Below, piece by piece: positions 37,224 to 46,315 of a stretch of 64,000 bases of DNA (within the stretch, counting starts at the first letter, position 1; the number at the start of each line of letters is the position of its first letter). Both the position numbers and the translations under genes were made by a program. The notes beneath the pieces are model-generated. The model made no database searches, was not told where the DNA came from, and was given only the letters and a program-made list of their open reading frames with translations. The stretch is from an uncultured virus (IMG/VR IMGVR_UViG_3300020577_011874) (lineage: Duplodnaviria; Heunggongvirae; Uroviricota; Caudoviricetes): IMG/VR virus record IMGVR_UViG_3300020577_011874. One strand, given 5' to 3'.

Positions 37224-37517
37224 TCAGCTCGATTTCACTGCCTTGAGACTGACCTTCTTAGGTTGTTTCTTCGGCACCGGTACGTATGAACCAGGCGAAC
37301 TGACCATATTTTCAAGATTCTTTTGAATCTCTGCCAGATGAGGAGTCAGAGCATTGATCGCTGCGGGTGGAGCTTTTTCTTTAAAAGTCTCGACAGCTGC
37401 AAGTAACTTGCTAGCAACACCGACAACAGAGTTGATGCTCTTGTGATCAACGGTTTCAAGGAGTTCTTCCTTGATTAGTTCCTGCAATTTTTGAAGGCTG
37501 ATGGTGTGCTTGGCCAT
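37224..37517 (-). CDS. Hypothetical protein (probable head)
   Basis: 97 aa; late motif ATAGTTA at 37534..37540. Confidence 0.75.
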   Translation of the reverse strand: MAKHTISLQKLQELIKEELLETVDHKSINSVVGVASKLLAAVETFKEKAPPAAINALTPHLAEIQKNLENMVSSPGSYVPVPKKQPKKVSLKAVKSS

Positions 37518-37545
37518 GATAATTCCTTGTTCCTAACTATTCTGT

Positions 37546-39180
37546 TCAACGCAGGAGCCAAGAGAAGTCAGACGTATCTCTTGACATTGGACTTTGAGGT
37601 GCAACCTGCGATGCCTCACGGGGACGATAAACACTATTCGCATTCATTCCCTTGATGTTTGGATTGACGAGAGGTTGGGCTTCATTGATGCCTCCTAAAA
37701 CTTGAGCATCACGTCTATGAACTCGAGTGGCTTCAAGCATGGCATAGGCCATGGCTTTACCTTGTTCACTAACACCTTCTCCTCCTTCGACCAACCAACA
37801 ACCAATGGCCATGCTCATGATCAAGTCGTCAAAACTATCTTTGCTAGCCATCGGCTTGTTGCCATTCCAAACGAATGACTGGAGCTGATCATAGAATCTT
37901 CGAGAATAAGACTTCAACGTCTTGTTTCGAATCAGTTCTTCGAGTTTTGCAAGAATCTGAACACGTGTTTTTTGATTGGTGTTGAATCCAGGCAATTCTG
38001 CAGAGTCAATCGGGATGTAATTGAAGGGATCGCCTTTATTCTTGTCAAAGTACAGTTTCTTGTAATTCAACGAGTCACGCAATTTGGTATTGACAAAGTA
38101 GCCAAAAGAATTGTTTTCTGCAACAATTAAGGCATCATTGTACTTACGACCCCACTCGTCTAGCATGTCAGCTAGCTTTTCAGGAGGAACCTTACCCATG
38201 TATTCTGCAGCTACTTCGCAATCAATTGTGTCGATGATGTGAAAAGTAGAAAAGTCATGAGCATCGCCTCGAGAGACGTCAGCAGAAATAACGTACGTAT
38301 GATCAATGACCGGGGGTGACCAAATCCACACGTTACGATCATGTCCGGCTTTTTCAATAGGATCTTGAATCTGAGCACGTAACTCTTCAAGATCGTTAGG
38401 TTGCAAGAACGTATCACCAGAAGATATGAAGTCACACAAGTATTCCTGCGCTACTTTTCTCCTGGGCAATGATCTAGTTTCTTCGTCAAACCATGCCTGA
38501 TCATGTTCTGGATGTTTATGCCACGGAATTCGAATTGGATTGAATTTGTTTTGACCAGCTTCCGCTGCAGTCCATAAAGCGTAGTATTGTCCACCCACAC
38601 CATTTGGTGTGGAAAGAATAATCGCGCTACCACCGGTAGAAAATGTTGGAGCCAATCCGGTCCAAATCGTATCGAAATCACGAATGAAGGCTGCTTCGTC
38701 GATGATTAGAAGTGACAAAGCCTCTGAACGACCAGCGTCTGCGGAGGTTGGAATAGCTGTGACTTGAGAGCCATTGCTAAAACTGATCGACTGCTTGGTA
38801 GGTTCAAACTTAGGAAGCAACAACCATGGCGGCAAATTTTCTAAAGCAAACCTCACCTTTTTGATGAAGTTCATTGCGGTAGGCAACTTCGTTGCGATGA
38901 CAAGAATGTTCTTGTCTTTGTAAAAGATTGCCAACCACACTGCATACGCAGCACATAGAGTAGACAATCCTAACTGGCGTGATTTTAGAACAATGTTGAG
39001 ACGATGTGCCTCGAACTCTTTTAGACAATCATCTTGAAACGGATAGGTTTCAAATGGAAGAGTTCCTTCGGTCGGATGTTGAATCTTTACGTACTTCTTG
39101 ATGAAGTAAAGCGGATCTTTTCCACACTTAATGATCTCTTGAACCTGTTCGGCTCGAGACGTCAATTTAGGTTCTGACAT
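37546..39180 (-). CDS. terL: Terminase large subunit (T4 gp17-like)
   Basis: YPFQ, KSRQLGLST Walker A, LLIIDEAAF Walker B, STPNG, ADVSRG and DDLIMS nuclease motifs. Confidence 0.96.
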   Translation of the reverse strand: MSEPKLTSRAEQVQEIIKCGKDPLYFIKKYVKIQHPTEGTLPFETYPFQDDCLKEFEAHRLNIVLKSRQLGLSTLCAAYAVWLAIFYKDKNILVIATKLPTAMNFIKKVRFALENLPPWLLLPKFEPTKQSISFSNGSQVTAIPTSADAGRSEALSLLIIDEAAFIRDFDTIWTGLAPTFSTGGSAIILSTPNGVGGQYYALWTAAEAGQNKFNPIRIPWHKHPEHDQAWFDEETRSLPRRKVAQEYLCDFISSGDTFLQPNDLEELRAQIQDPIEKAGHDRNVWIWSPPVIDHTYVISADVSRGDAHDFSTFHIIDTIDCEVAAEYMGKVPPEKLADMLDEWGRKYNDALIVAENNSFGYFVNTKLRDSLNYKKLYFDKNKGDPFNYIPIDSAELPGFNTNQKTRVQILAKLEELIRNKTLKSYSRRFYDQLQSFVWNGNKPMASKDSFDDLIMSMAIGCWLVEGGEGVSEQGKAMAYAMLEATRVHRRDAQVLGGINEAQPLVNPNIKGMNANSVYRPREASQVAPQSPMSRDTSDFSWLLR

Positions 39181-39560
39181 CAGCCTATCTCGAACACTGT
39201 CTTTCGGCGAAAATATGCCGTCCGACGTGGATTATGAACATTGAATCCGATGATCTCCAGACTCTCTGTGGAAGAGAGCTCTTTGGTCGACAAACTTGAT
39301 CCAGAAAGTTCTTTATAGTTAGCCTTGATGCTTTTCAGCACTTCTGACGTAACAGATTTTGACTCGTCGCTATAGCCACGCTTCATTTCAATCATTTGAC
39401 GTTCTGTGCCAAAATTGACGACCGCGGCGTATGACGCCAACAACCTATCAGGCCCAATCATTGTCAATTTGACAGAATAAGACGCCGTTTTAGGTGTGGA
39501 CGATCGACCCCACGTACTGTCAATGGATTGGCCCAACGCATTGTAATCGATATCAGCCAT
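39180..39560 (-). CDS. Hypothetical protein coupled to terminase
   Basis: 126 aa, TGATG overlap with terL, GAGGAG SD. Confidence 0.75.
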   Translation of the reverse strand: MADIDYNALGQSIDSTWGRSSTPKTASYSVKLTMIGPDRLLASYAAVVNFGTERQMIEMKRGYSDESKSVTSEVLKSIKANYKELSGSSLSTKELSSTESLEIIGFNVHNPRRTAYFRRKTVFEIG

Positions 39561-39595
39561 AGTTGATGAGACTCCTCATCATATCTATGGTACAC

Positions 39596-39904
39596 CTATT
39601 CCGTGTGATCAATGTCAAAAATGACTAACAACGGAAGGCGATCAATCTCAGCTTCTGCAATCTGCTCATTTGAAGGTCGCCATCCTTCTTTCCAGGCAAT
39701 TTTTCTAGGCCTGGCCCATAAACGTGAACAACGATCACAACAGCCAAATTGTCCGTACTCGTGTTCATCTTCACGTGATCTCATCACGTGATTACAGACA
39801 GGACAGGCAATAGGTGTAGGGGGCTCAGCTTCAACGGGAACTATGACAACGTATCCCTCAGATCTTTCTTCAATTAAGCGATCTTTGAGATAGGGTCGTT
39901 GCAT
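39596..39904 (-). CDS. Hypothetical Cys-rich (Zn-binding) protein
   Basis: CPVC...CCDRC. Confidence 0.7.
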   Translation of the reverse strand: MQRPYLKDRLIEERSEGYVVIVPVEAEPPTPIACPVCNHVMRSREDEHEYGQFGCCDRCSRLWARPRKIAWKEGWRPSNEQIAEAEIDRLPLLVIFDIDHTE

Positions 39905-42516
39905 GTTTCTAAAGTTGGACGTTGAATACGAGAATCATTGTACACCACCTTGGCGTCTTTTTCTACTTTCTGAACTTCGATAATGTAATCAGCGATGTCT
40001 TTGACACCTTCTACGTGTGTGATCACCAATATTGTCTTAAAATAACGCTTCAATGATACCAGTAGTCGATTACATGCTTCGACGCTAGGAGGATCGAGAG
40101 CGCCAAAGCTTTCGTCAATGACAAAGATGTCCATTTTTGGAAGCGATGAAATATTGATCAGAGCTACACGAATAGCGACTGCCGCAATCATCTTCTCCAT
40201 ACCAGAACCTAATTCGACAATTCGTCGACTGTCACCGTAATCAAGATAGACTTCCATGGCGTCACTGTCGTCATCTTGTTCAAGCTCTACGCTAAAATTG
40301 ACAATGCCGCTCAAAATCTTAGCAATTTCAGCATTGATAAGAGGAAGCTGAGATGAAACAATCAGATTAGGAATTCCCTTTCGAGAGAATGCCTGTGCAA
40401 TCAACTCATGGGCCTTCATCATCTGTAACAAGTCAAATCGCTGCTTCTTGTCGGCTTCTACTTTGCCATGATCAGATTGAATGCGACCAACCTCAGAAGC
40501 TAATGTCAATCGTTCACTGTCAAGCCTCTTGATTGCCCTCTGTAATTCATCGAGCGAATTACGAAGGGTAACGGCTTCAACGTTCTCTTCATTTTTGAGT
40601 GCTTCTTCTAGTTCATTATAGCGTTGAACAGCATTGGTAAGTTGTTCTTTTTGTTGTTGAAAACTAGCTAACAATTTGTGTTGTTGCAACATCTTGTCAG
40701 AAACAGAAACACGAAGTTTTGACGTCAATTCATTGAGTTGTTCGATCTTTGTAACCTTTTCAACCAATCCTTCGGATTTCAAATCTTCTAAAGCAGCTTC
40801 AGCTTTCTGCAACTTTTCTAAAGCGCGCTGAACTTTTTCACGTTGAGGATCAACTTTGTCCTTCAATTTGAAGGCGTCTTTGATAAACTTGCAGCCTGGA
40901 AATGAATCGCCACAGGGAACATCGTCAAGAATCTTCAATGACCGTTCTTGTTGCTTGAGAATGGCAGCATCTTTTTCATGAACATGTCTCAAAGTTTCAA
41001 ATGATGATTCTAAAACTCGATACGAATCGAGACGCTTCTTTAGTTCGCCTAAATCATGTTGAATCAAAACCTTGTCAATTTGATCAGCTTTATCATTGGA
41101 TCGACGAATGTCTTCATTCAAAGATTCAATCTTGCTTTCGAGTTCTTTAACTTGCGTCGTAAGTGAATTAACACGAGAACGCTGATCTTCAACTTGCGTT
41201 TTAGTGACTGGATTGAAATCCTTGAACGTATTTAGTTGCTTTCGAATATCATTCAATTGCAAATTTGCTTCATGAAGTTCGTGATCTTTTTCTTTGATCG
41301 CGGCTTCGCGAGATGTCAATTTTTGAGCATACGAAGATTCTAAAGCATTCCAATCACGTTCTGGCAGATTACGTAATGCACCTTTATTTGCATTGACGTC
41401 ATTCTTTGCTAATTCATACATCTTGTCAAAGATGTCAAGATCGAGAAATCGAGATAGATCCTTACGACGTTTAGAAGTTCCCTGATTGATGAACAGCTTG
41501 ACATCGTCTTGCGCGGCAACTGAGGTCAAAAGGACGTCGTCGCCACTACCAATCAACTTACGAATGACTTTTTCTGTGTCGTTACGTTGCTCGCCAGCTA
41601 GGTCGATAGCCTCACCAGATTCGTCAATCTTGAAAACATTAAGAGCGGTGCCGGCATGAACTTGACCACGTTTGGTCTCATGTTTGACAGTTTGTCGTTC
41701 AATGACGTAGTTGGTTCCATTGACATTGACAATGGCTTTAGTGTAACAGTATGGTTGTCTAACATTGACCACGTGCAAATTCTTAACGTTACCACGATCT
41801 GTCGTGTTAAACATTGAATACATCATCGTTCCAACGATCGAAGACTTACCAGATCGATTGGGACCAAAAATTCCAATGATGCCATTCAAGGCTTCAAAGT
41901 TGATGTGATTACCTTCGCCATACATGTACGTGTTATCCCACTTGAGATCACGTAATGACCACTTAGTGTTTCTAACAACGTCATCTGATTGAAGAGCATG
42001 CTGCAAATAAGTGCCAACTTGTTCTTTGACAGACAACCATTCCTCTTCAGAAACGTTACTATTACGATAATAGTCTTTCAACAATCTTAGAAGAACGTCT
42101 GCGTTACGTAAATCTTCTTTGACAATTGTCGTTGTACCAGTAGAAATAACATCTCTATTGACCTGATGGTCTGTTTTGAATGTTACTTCCGTCGCCTGTA
42201 GTTCTGCTCTCAAAGAGGTTGTTAGTGCAACCACTTCTTTTTGAGTCAAAACATCTTTGGTACGAATCCTAAAACGAGCGCCAACAGAGTGTTTCCAGGC
42301 TTCTTTGACAGTTTTTTCAACTGTGCCTTGCCACTCAATGGTGATAAAAGGCTTAGGATTGGGCAATTCACGAAATTGAACGTCCCATTTTTCGTGACTA
42401 TCAATATCCCACAGCAAATATCCATGGACTAAGTCTTCAGCGTAATTCTGCTGAATGGTGCTGCCAGGATATCCTATCCATGGTCGAGGAGTTCTGATTT
42501 TGATTTTCTTAGTCAC
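39874..42516 (-). CDS. sbcC: Rad50/SbcC (gp46-like) ATPase with N-terminally fused C-half of Mre11/SbcD
   Basis: GPNRSGKSS Walker A, CGDSFPGC hook, GSGMEK signature, IDESFGALD Walker B, ITH; N-terminal YPGSTIQQNYAE..GYLLWD is the Mre11 C-half. Confidence 0.92.
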   Translation of the reverse strand: MTKKIKIRTPRPWIGYPGSTIQQNYAEDLVHGYLLWDIDSHEKWDVQFRELPNPKPFITIEWQGTVEKTVKEAWKHSVGARFRIRTKDVLTQKEVVALTTSLRAELQATEVTFKTDHQVNRDVISTGTTTIVKEDLRNADVLLRLLKDYYRNSNVSEEEWLSVKEQVGTYLQHALQSDDVVRNTKWSLRDLKWDNTYMYGEGNHINFEALNGIIGIFGPNRSGKSSIVGTMMYSMFNTTDRGNVKNLHVVNVRQPYCYTKAIVNVNGTNYVIERQTVKHETKRGQVHAGTALNVFKIDESGEAIDLAGEQRNDTEKVIRKLIGSGDDVLLTSVAAQDDVKLFINQGTSKRRKDLSRFLDLDIFDKMYELAKNDVNANKGALRNLPERDWNALESSYAQKLTSREAAIKEKDHELHEANLQLNDIRKQLNTFKDFNPVTKTQVEDQRSRVNSLTTQVKELESKIESLNEDIRRSNDKADQIDKVLIQHDLGELKKRLDSYRVLESSFETLRHVHEKDAAILKQQERSLKILDDVPCGDSFPGCKFIKDAFKLKDKVDPQREKVQRALEKLQKAEAALEDLKSEGLVEKVTKIEQLNELTSKLRVSVSDKMLQQHKLLASFQQQKEQLTNAVQRYNELEEALKNEENVEAVTLRNSLDELQRAIKRLDSERLTLASEVGRIQSDHGKVEADKKQRFDLLQMMKAHELIAQAFSRKGIPNLIVSSQLPLINAEIAKILSGIVNFSVELEQDDDSDAMEVYLDYGDSRRIVELGSGMEKMIAAVAIRVALINISSLPKMDIFVIDESFGALDPPSVEACNRLLVSLKRYFKTILVITHVEGVKDIADYIIEVQKVEKDAKVVYNDSRIQRPTLETCNDPISKIA

Positions 42517-43160
42517 TCAATGATCTCCGCGCCAGGATATTTGTGAAGTTCAGTTTCGTCAATGACTAATTCAGAATTACGTGCAGAAAGATATTGCATT
42601 TTGTGAATGTCGCCCAGAAAACAAAAATCAAACTTCTTGAAGTAATCTACGGTCATGCCTTCTTCAATCAACCAATCAGTCTCCGTTACAGCTCCCCAAA
42701 CCGGGCCGTGAAAACAAGCAATATTGACCTTTCCCGGAACTGGTTGAACATTGTCCCAACCTTCTTCATCAAAGAGACTAAAGATGCACCAATTGTATCC
42801 CGGTGCAAACTCATAGACGCCGCTCTTTTTGTACAGATGAACCTTTGGATTTTTCAAGGCCTCAACAATGGGAGACACGGCATCTTGTCGAGAAAGATTG
42901 ACAAGGTTACCATCATGGTTTCCCAAAGTTAAATGTACTTCTGCAGTTTCAGACAGGCAATCAAGCCACCATGTCATGAAATCGATGTATTCCGGAGAAA
43001 TTCCTGACGTTTTGGTGTGAAAGATGTCCCCTCCCACAAAAATATGCTCAACTTTTTGTTTCTTGACGTCAACGGCAAGAGCTGTAAAAACTTCTTTGTA
43101 TTCTTCGTGACGACTTAGACCACGAATGTGAATGTCTGCGATGTGAGCTATTTTAAGCAT
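42513..43160 (-). CDS. sbcD: Mre11/SbcD (gp47-like) nuclease, N-terminal half
   Basis: Metallophosphoesterase motifs DIH, GDIFH, GNHD, FHG and GDIH. Confidence 0.9.
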   Translation of the reverse strand: MLKIAHIADIHIRGLSRHEEYKEVFTALAVDVKKQKVEHIFVGGDIFHTKTSGISPEYIDFMTWWLDCLSETAEVHLTLGNHDGNLVNLSRQDAVSPIVEALKNPKVHLYKKSGVYEFAPGYNWCIFSLFDEEGWDNVQPVPGKVNIACFHGPVWGAVTETDWLIEEGMTVDYFKKFDFCFLGDIHKMQYLSARNSELVIDETELHKYPGAEIIE

Positions 43161-43213
43161 GCAATACCTTTACACAGTACTGCACCAAAAGAAGCTGTAC
43201 AAGATCAAACAGA

Positions 43214-43242
43214 TGTGAGCATCGATCTTCGATCTGCTCACA
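43214..43242. terminator. Hairpin overlapping the primase stop codon
   Basis: TGTGAGCA...TGCTCACA inverted repeat. Confidence 0.35.
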
Positions 43243-44221
43243 AAGCAACACGTGCAGCTCGATCTAACTTAGCAAGAAATGACTCTTCCCAAGCATAAGG
43301 TTTGGCCGCGGCGAGGGCCGAACGAAATTCACGTTTACTCATATCACCTGGATCTGATGGAACATCGACCAACACGACATCAATGTTGTACTCCATCAGC
43401 TTTTTAGCAATTCTAGGCGTCTTAGACAGTCTCATGTCAGCGTCGAGCGCCAATGCAATCGGAGTTCCATGGACTAAGATCGAACTAAACAAAGCTGACG
43501 CTTCATTGAGATCGCTTCCCAATAGTGGAACAACGTTATCTCCACACTTCATCATGTCAAAGCTTCCTTCGCAGATGACTAGTCTACGTTCCCAATCAAC
43601 GTTCAATTCATTGAAAATGACATGAGATCGTTCGCCGACAGGCGTCTCGTATTTAGGTCTCTTAAATTTATCAACAGTTCTGCCGACGTAGTGATTGAGT
43701 TCTCCGTCCTTATTGAATGAAGGAACAATGACGCGGCGGCGCCACATCGGATCATCACTGCAACCTAGCTTGTAAAACCACACATCATCATCACTGATGT
43801 CTCTGCTGATTAGGTAGCGTCTAATTGCCAGCACATCAGGATCACGACCTTCATAGACCGCTAGCAACTTAAAGTCTTTAGGCAATTCAAGTTTCTTTGG
43901 TTCATTATCATCTGTGATCCACAGTTGAACACATCTACTTCCAGATGAGCCAAATGCACCTGGCATGAAACGACGATACTCGTTGAGTTGTTCCTGTGTT
44001 CCAAATTTTCGAATCAATGGCGCAAGAGTGAACGCCTTATAACCACACACCCAACAATGCACACGATCATCTTCGGTGTGAATCGCAAGCTTTTTCTTGC
44101 TAGGATCTCGGGGCGCACAGATGGGACAACGGACGTCAAAGTTTTTACAATTGCGTGCCATTCGACCCGATCCGAAGACAGATTCGTAGAATTTTACCTT
44201 ATCTGTGAGCGTGATAGCCAA
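43238..44221 (-). CDS. DNA primase-like protein (Zn finger + TOPRIM)
   Basis: CPIC..HCWVC zinc finger, RRVIVPS, ICEGSFD, LDAD and DPGD; TTG start. Confidence 0.85.
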   Translation of the reverse strand: MAITLTDKVKFYESVFGSGRMARNCKNFDVRCPICAPRDPSKKKLAIHTEDDRVHCWVCGYKAFTLAPLIRKFGTQEQLNEYRRFMPGAFGSSGSRCVQLWITDDNEPKKLELPKDFKLLAVYEGRDPDVLAIRRYLISRDISDDDVWFYKLGCSDDPMWRRRVIVPSFNKDGELNHYVGRTVDKFKRPKYETPVGERSHVIFNELNVDWERRLVICEGSFDMMKCGDNVVPLLGSDLNEASALFSSILVHGTPIALALDADMRLSKTPRIAKKLMEYNIDVVLVDVPSDPGDMSKREFRSALAAAKPYAWEESFLAKLDRAARVAL

Positions 44222-44233
44222 GTTGGCTAAACA

Positions 44234-44860
44234 CTATTCCGAAGTTGCCTTCTTGGACTTCTTTGGCTTTTTCGCCTGAGGTTCAACTGGTCCGTTAACG
44301 GCCGCAGCTCTAGCAATGACGTAGGCATCACAAGCATCACGTGACCAATCGACCATTTTGCCGCTCTTCTTCACCGGCCACTGAACATGACTCAGATCGT
44401 TCGCGGCCATGTAAGCAAAAACTTGTTCTTTTTGTGGGCCGCCCAAAGCAGTTCGTTGTAACTTAATTCCGCATAGCTTACGAGCATGTGCAGAACCGAT
44501 GTATTCAGGTTCACATTTAAAACGATTGCGAGCGAGATAACTCACAATGCCATTGAATCTCATTAACGTCGAGATCGTTTGGGCGCTCGACATTCCAGGT
44601 CGAAAACCCATCAATGGTTCTTCTAAAACCACTCTATGTACCGGTGGAACTCCTCGAGTCATCAAGTATATATCAGACTCAATTTGATTCAATGCTTGTT
44701 CAACTCGATCTGCTTTATCCCACAAAGTATTGCAGCCTTTGAATTCAATAGCTTCGAGCATCAAGATGTGACTACCTTTGGTGTCTGGGATTATGTCAGA
44801 ATCCACGACACAAATCCCAGTACACGAAGTTGACACGTCCAGCCCAAGTATGATCGCCAT
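44234..44860 (-). CDS. RuvC-like Holliday junction resolvase
   Basis: ILGLDVSTSCTG, VVLEEP, KEQV and DACDAYVIA. Confidence 0.85.
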   Translation of the reverse strand: MAIILGLDVSTSCTGICVVDSDIIPDTKGSHILMLEAIEFKGCNTLWDKADRVEQALNQIESDIYLMTRGVPPVHRVVLEEPLMGFRPGMSSAQTISTLMRFNGIVSYLARNRFKCEPEYIGSAHARKLCGIKLQRTALGGPQKEQVFAYMAANDLSHVQWPVKKSGKMVDWSRDACDAYVIARAAAVNGPVEPQAKKPKKSKKATSE

Positions 44861-44899
44861 CTCTTGATAATGGCTCTAGAATACCCACAGTAAAATTCT

Positions 44900-45301
44900 C
44901 TATAAAAGACCTAGGCCTTTCAATTCTACTTCTGTGATAACGCTAAAAGTGAAATCGTGGGCACGACACCACTCTTCTGCAGCCTTCAGCTTCTTCTGAA
45001 CGCGAACCTGAGAGACTCGTTTTTTCGGCTTGATTTCTACCAATATGTCAAACTTGTCTTTCAATCGTACATGAAAATCAGGATAATACTTTCGCATCTT
45101 GCCAGTCTTCACGTTGCTAACATATGGAATGATGATAGTTTCATACGACCAAGAAGTAACTTCATCTGTCACATCTAAGTGTTTCATGTACACAAGTTCC
45201 CAACCTGATCTGTACTTGAAGACGAGACCAGACTTAGACGAAGTATATTCGCCTCGCTTGTAACCACGCTTTCTACGGCGTCGCTTTTTGACGACAGTCA
45301 C
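44900..45301 (-). CDS. T4 gp4-like head completion / TnsA-like PD-(D/E)XK nuclease
   Basis: YRSGWE, WSYE..IPY, YYPDF and EIKP. Confidence 0.8.
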   Translation of the reverse strand: MTVVKKRRRRKRGYKRGEYTSSKSGLVFKYRSGWELVYMKHLDVTDEVTSWSYETIIIPYVSNVKTGKMRKYYPDFHVRLKDKFDILVEIKPKKRVSQVRVQKKLKAAEEWCRAHDFTFSVITEVELKGLGLL

Positions 45302-46278
45302 AGTACCTTCATGATTTTCAAATCATCTCCAGTCAACGTGCGATACATTTGAACGCTATTCTGCATACACCATTCTCGAGCAGCAGATTCTTTCAACATG
45401 TTCTTTTGGCTTGTGATGAATTCTTTGGGTTTCACTTCCCACATTTCGCGGTGACCATCTTGAAAGGTGACGATGAAATCAGGTACGTACCAGCGTTTGT
45501 TGCTGTCATAGTAATATGCAATTCGAACACACTCATAATCCCATGACAAGACATCATCATTTACGTCGAGCCAATTCATCAAAGCGAATTCCCAACTAGA
45601 ACGATAAAATCTTTCTTTGTTGTCACGAATCGATGTGTGATAACCTCTAATATTTCGTGTACCGTATGGACGAAATCTGCCTTCAATAATTGCTTGCGTT
45701 TTTTGCTCAGACATGATAGCACGGCTTGTTTCAGAATGATTTCTTCCAAACATGCCATTCTTCTCACCCACAGATGGATTTTCCGCCCTGCGTTGACGCA
45801 TTCGAGCACGAGTTTCAACTGAATGAACTTTGCCCAACAATGGATGCACATATCCTGATTCATGTGAACGTTCTAGAGCTCGAGCCTTAATCTTTGCTGC
45901 TGATTCAAGCGTATGCATCATTACAGTATTTGCAACATACAGTTCAGGATGTTCTGATCGATATTGGTTTAAACACTTCATCGAGCAACATTTACCCCAC
46001 TTTCGCTCATTTCCAATTCTGCGAAGTTTCATGATTTTCTTACAAGTGAGACATTGAAGTTCAACAACTTCAGCACCATGGCCACCTAAACCATCTGACG
46101 ATCTAGATCCGTATACGCACTTATGAGAACATCGATGAACTTTTGCATCGAGTTGAACGTGTGAATATGGACGTTCATACGTTTCACTACAAACATCACA
46201 TTTCAGAACACAGACACGAGGTGCACAACCGCGACCTTTTGGATTTTGTCGAGGCAAAATTTTGATCTCTAACAGCAT
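45298..46278 (-). CDS. Putative homing endonuclease: Cys-rich fingers + NUMOD3 repeats + gp4/TnsA-like nuclease
   Basis: CDVC, CSHKC, CLTC, CCSMKC; GKVHSVETRARM and NGMFGRNHSETSRAIMS; YRSSWE..YVPDF..EVKP. Confidence 0.75.
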   Translation of the reverse strand: MLLEIKILPRQNPKGRGCAPRVCVLKCDVCSETYERPYSHVQLDAKVHRCSHKCVYGSRSSDGLGGHGAEVVELQCLTCKKIMKLRRIGNERKWGKCCSMKCLNQYRSEHPELYVANTVMMHTLESAAKIKARALERSHESGYVHPLLGKVHSVETRARMRQRRAENPSVGEKNGMFGRNHSETSRAIMSEQKTQAIIEGRFRPYGTRNIRGYHTSIRDNKERFYRSSWEFALMNWLDVNDDVLSWDYECVRIAYYYDSNKRWYVPDFIVTFQDGHREMWEVKPKEFITSQKNMLKESAAREWCMQNSVQMYRTLTGDDLKIMKVL

Positions 46279-46315
46279 GATCTACTGTATCAATCAATGT
46301 TCAACTTAGTATCGT

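Noticed and set aside
37546..39180. Intein or intron in terminase, portal or MCP
   Set aside because: Motifs are contiguous and I found no splice-junction residues or embedded endonuclease.
44900..45301. NLS-like KKRRRRKR (also KLKRRRR at 24205..24459) suggesting a eukaryotic virus
   Set aside because: SD sequences, tmRNA, def and T4-like morphogenesis genes indicate a bacteriophage; basic tails fit nucleic-acid binding.
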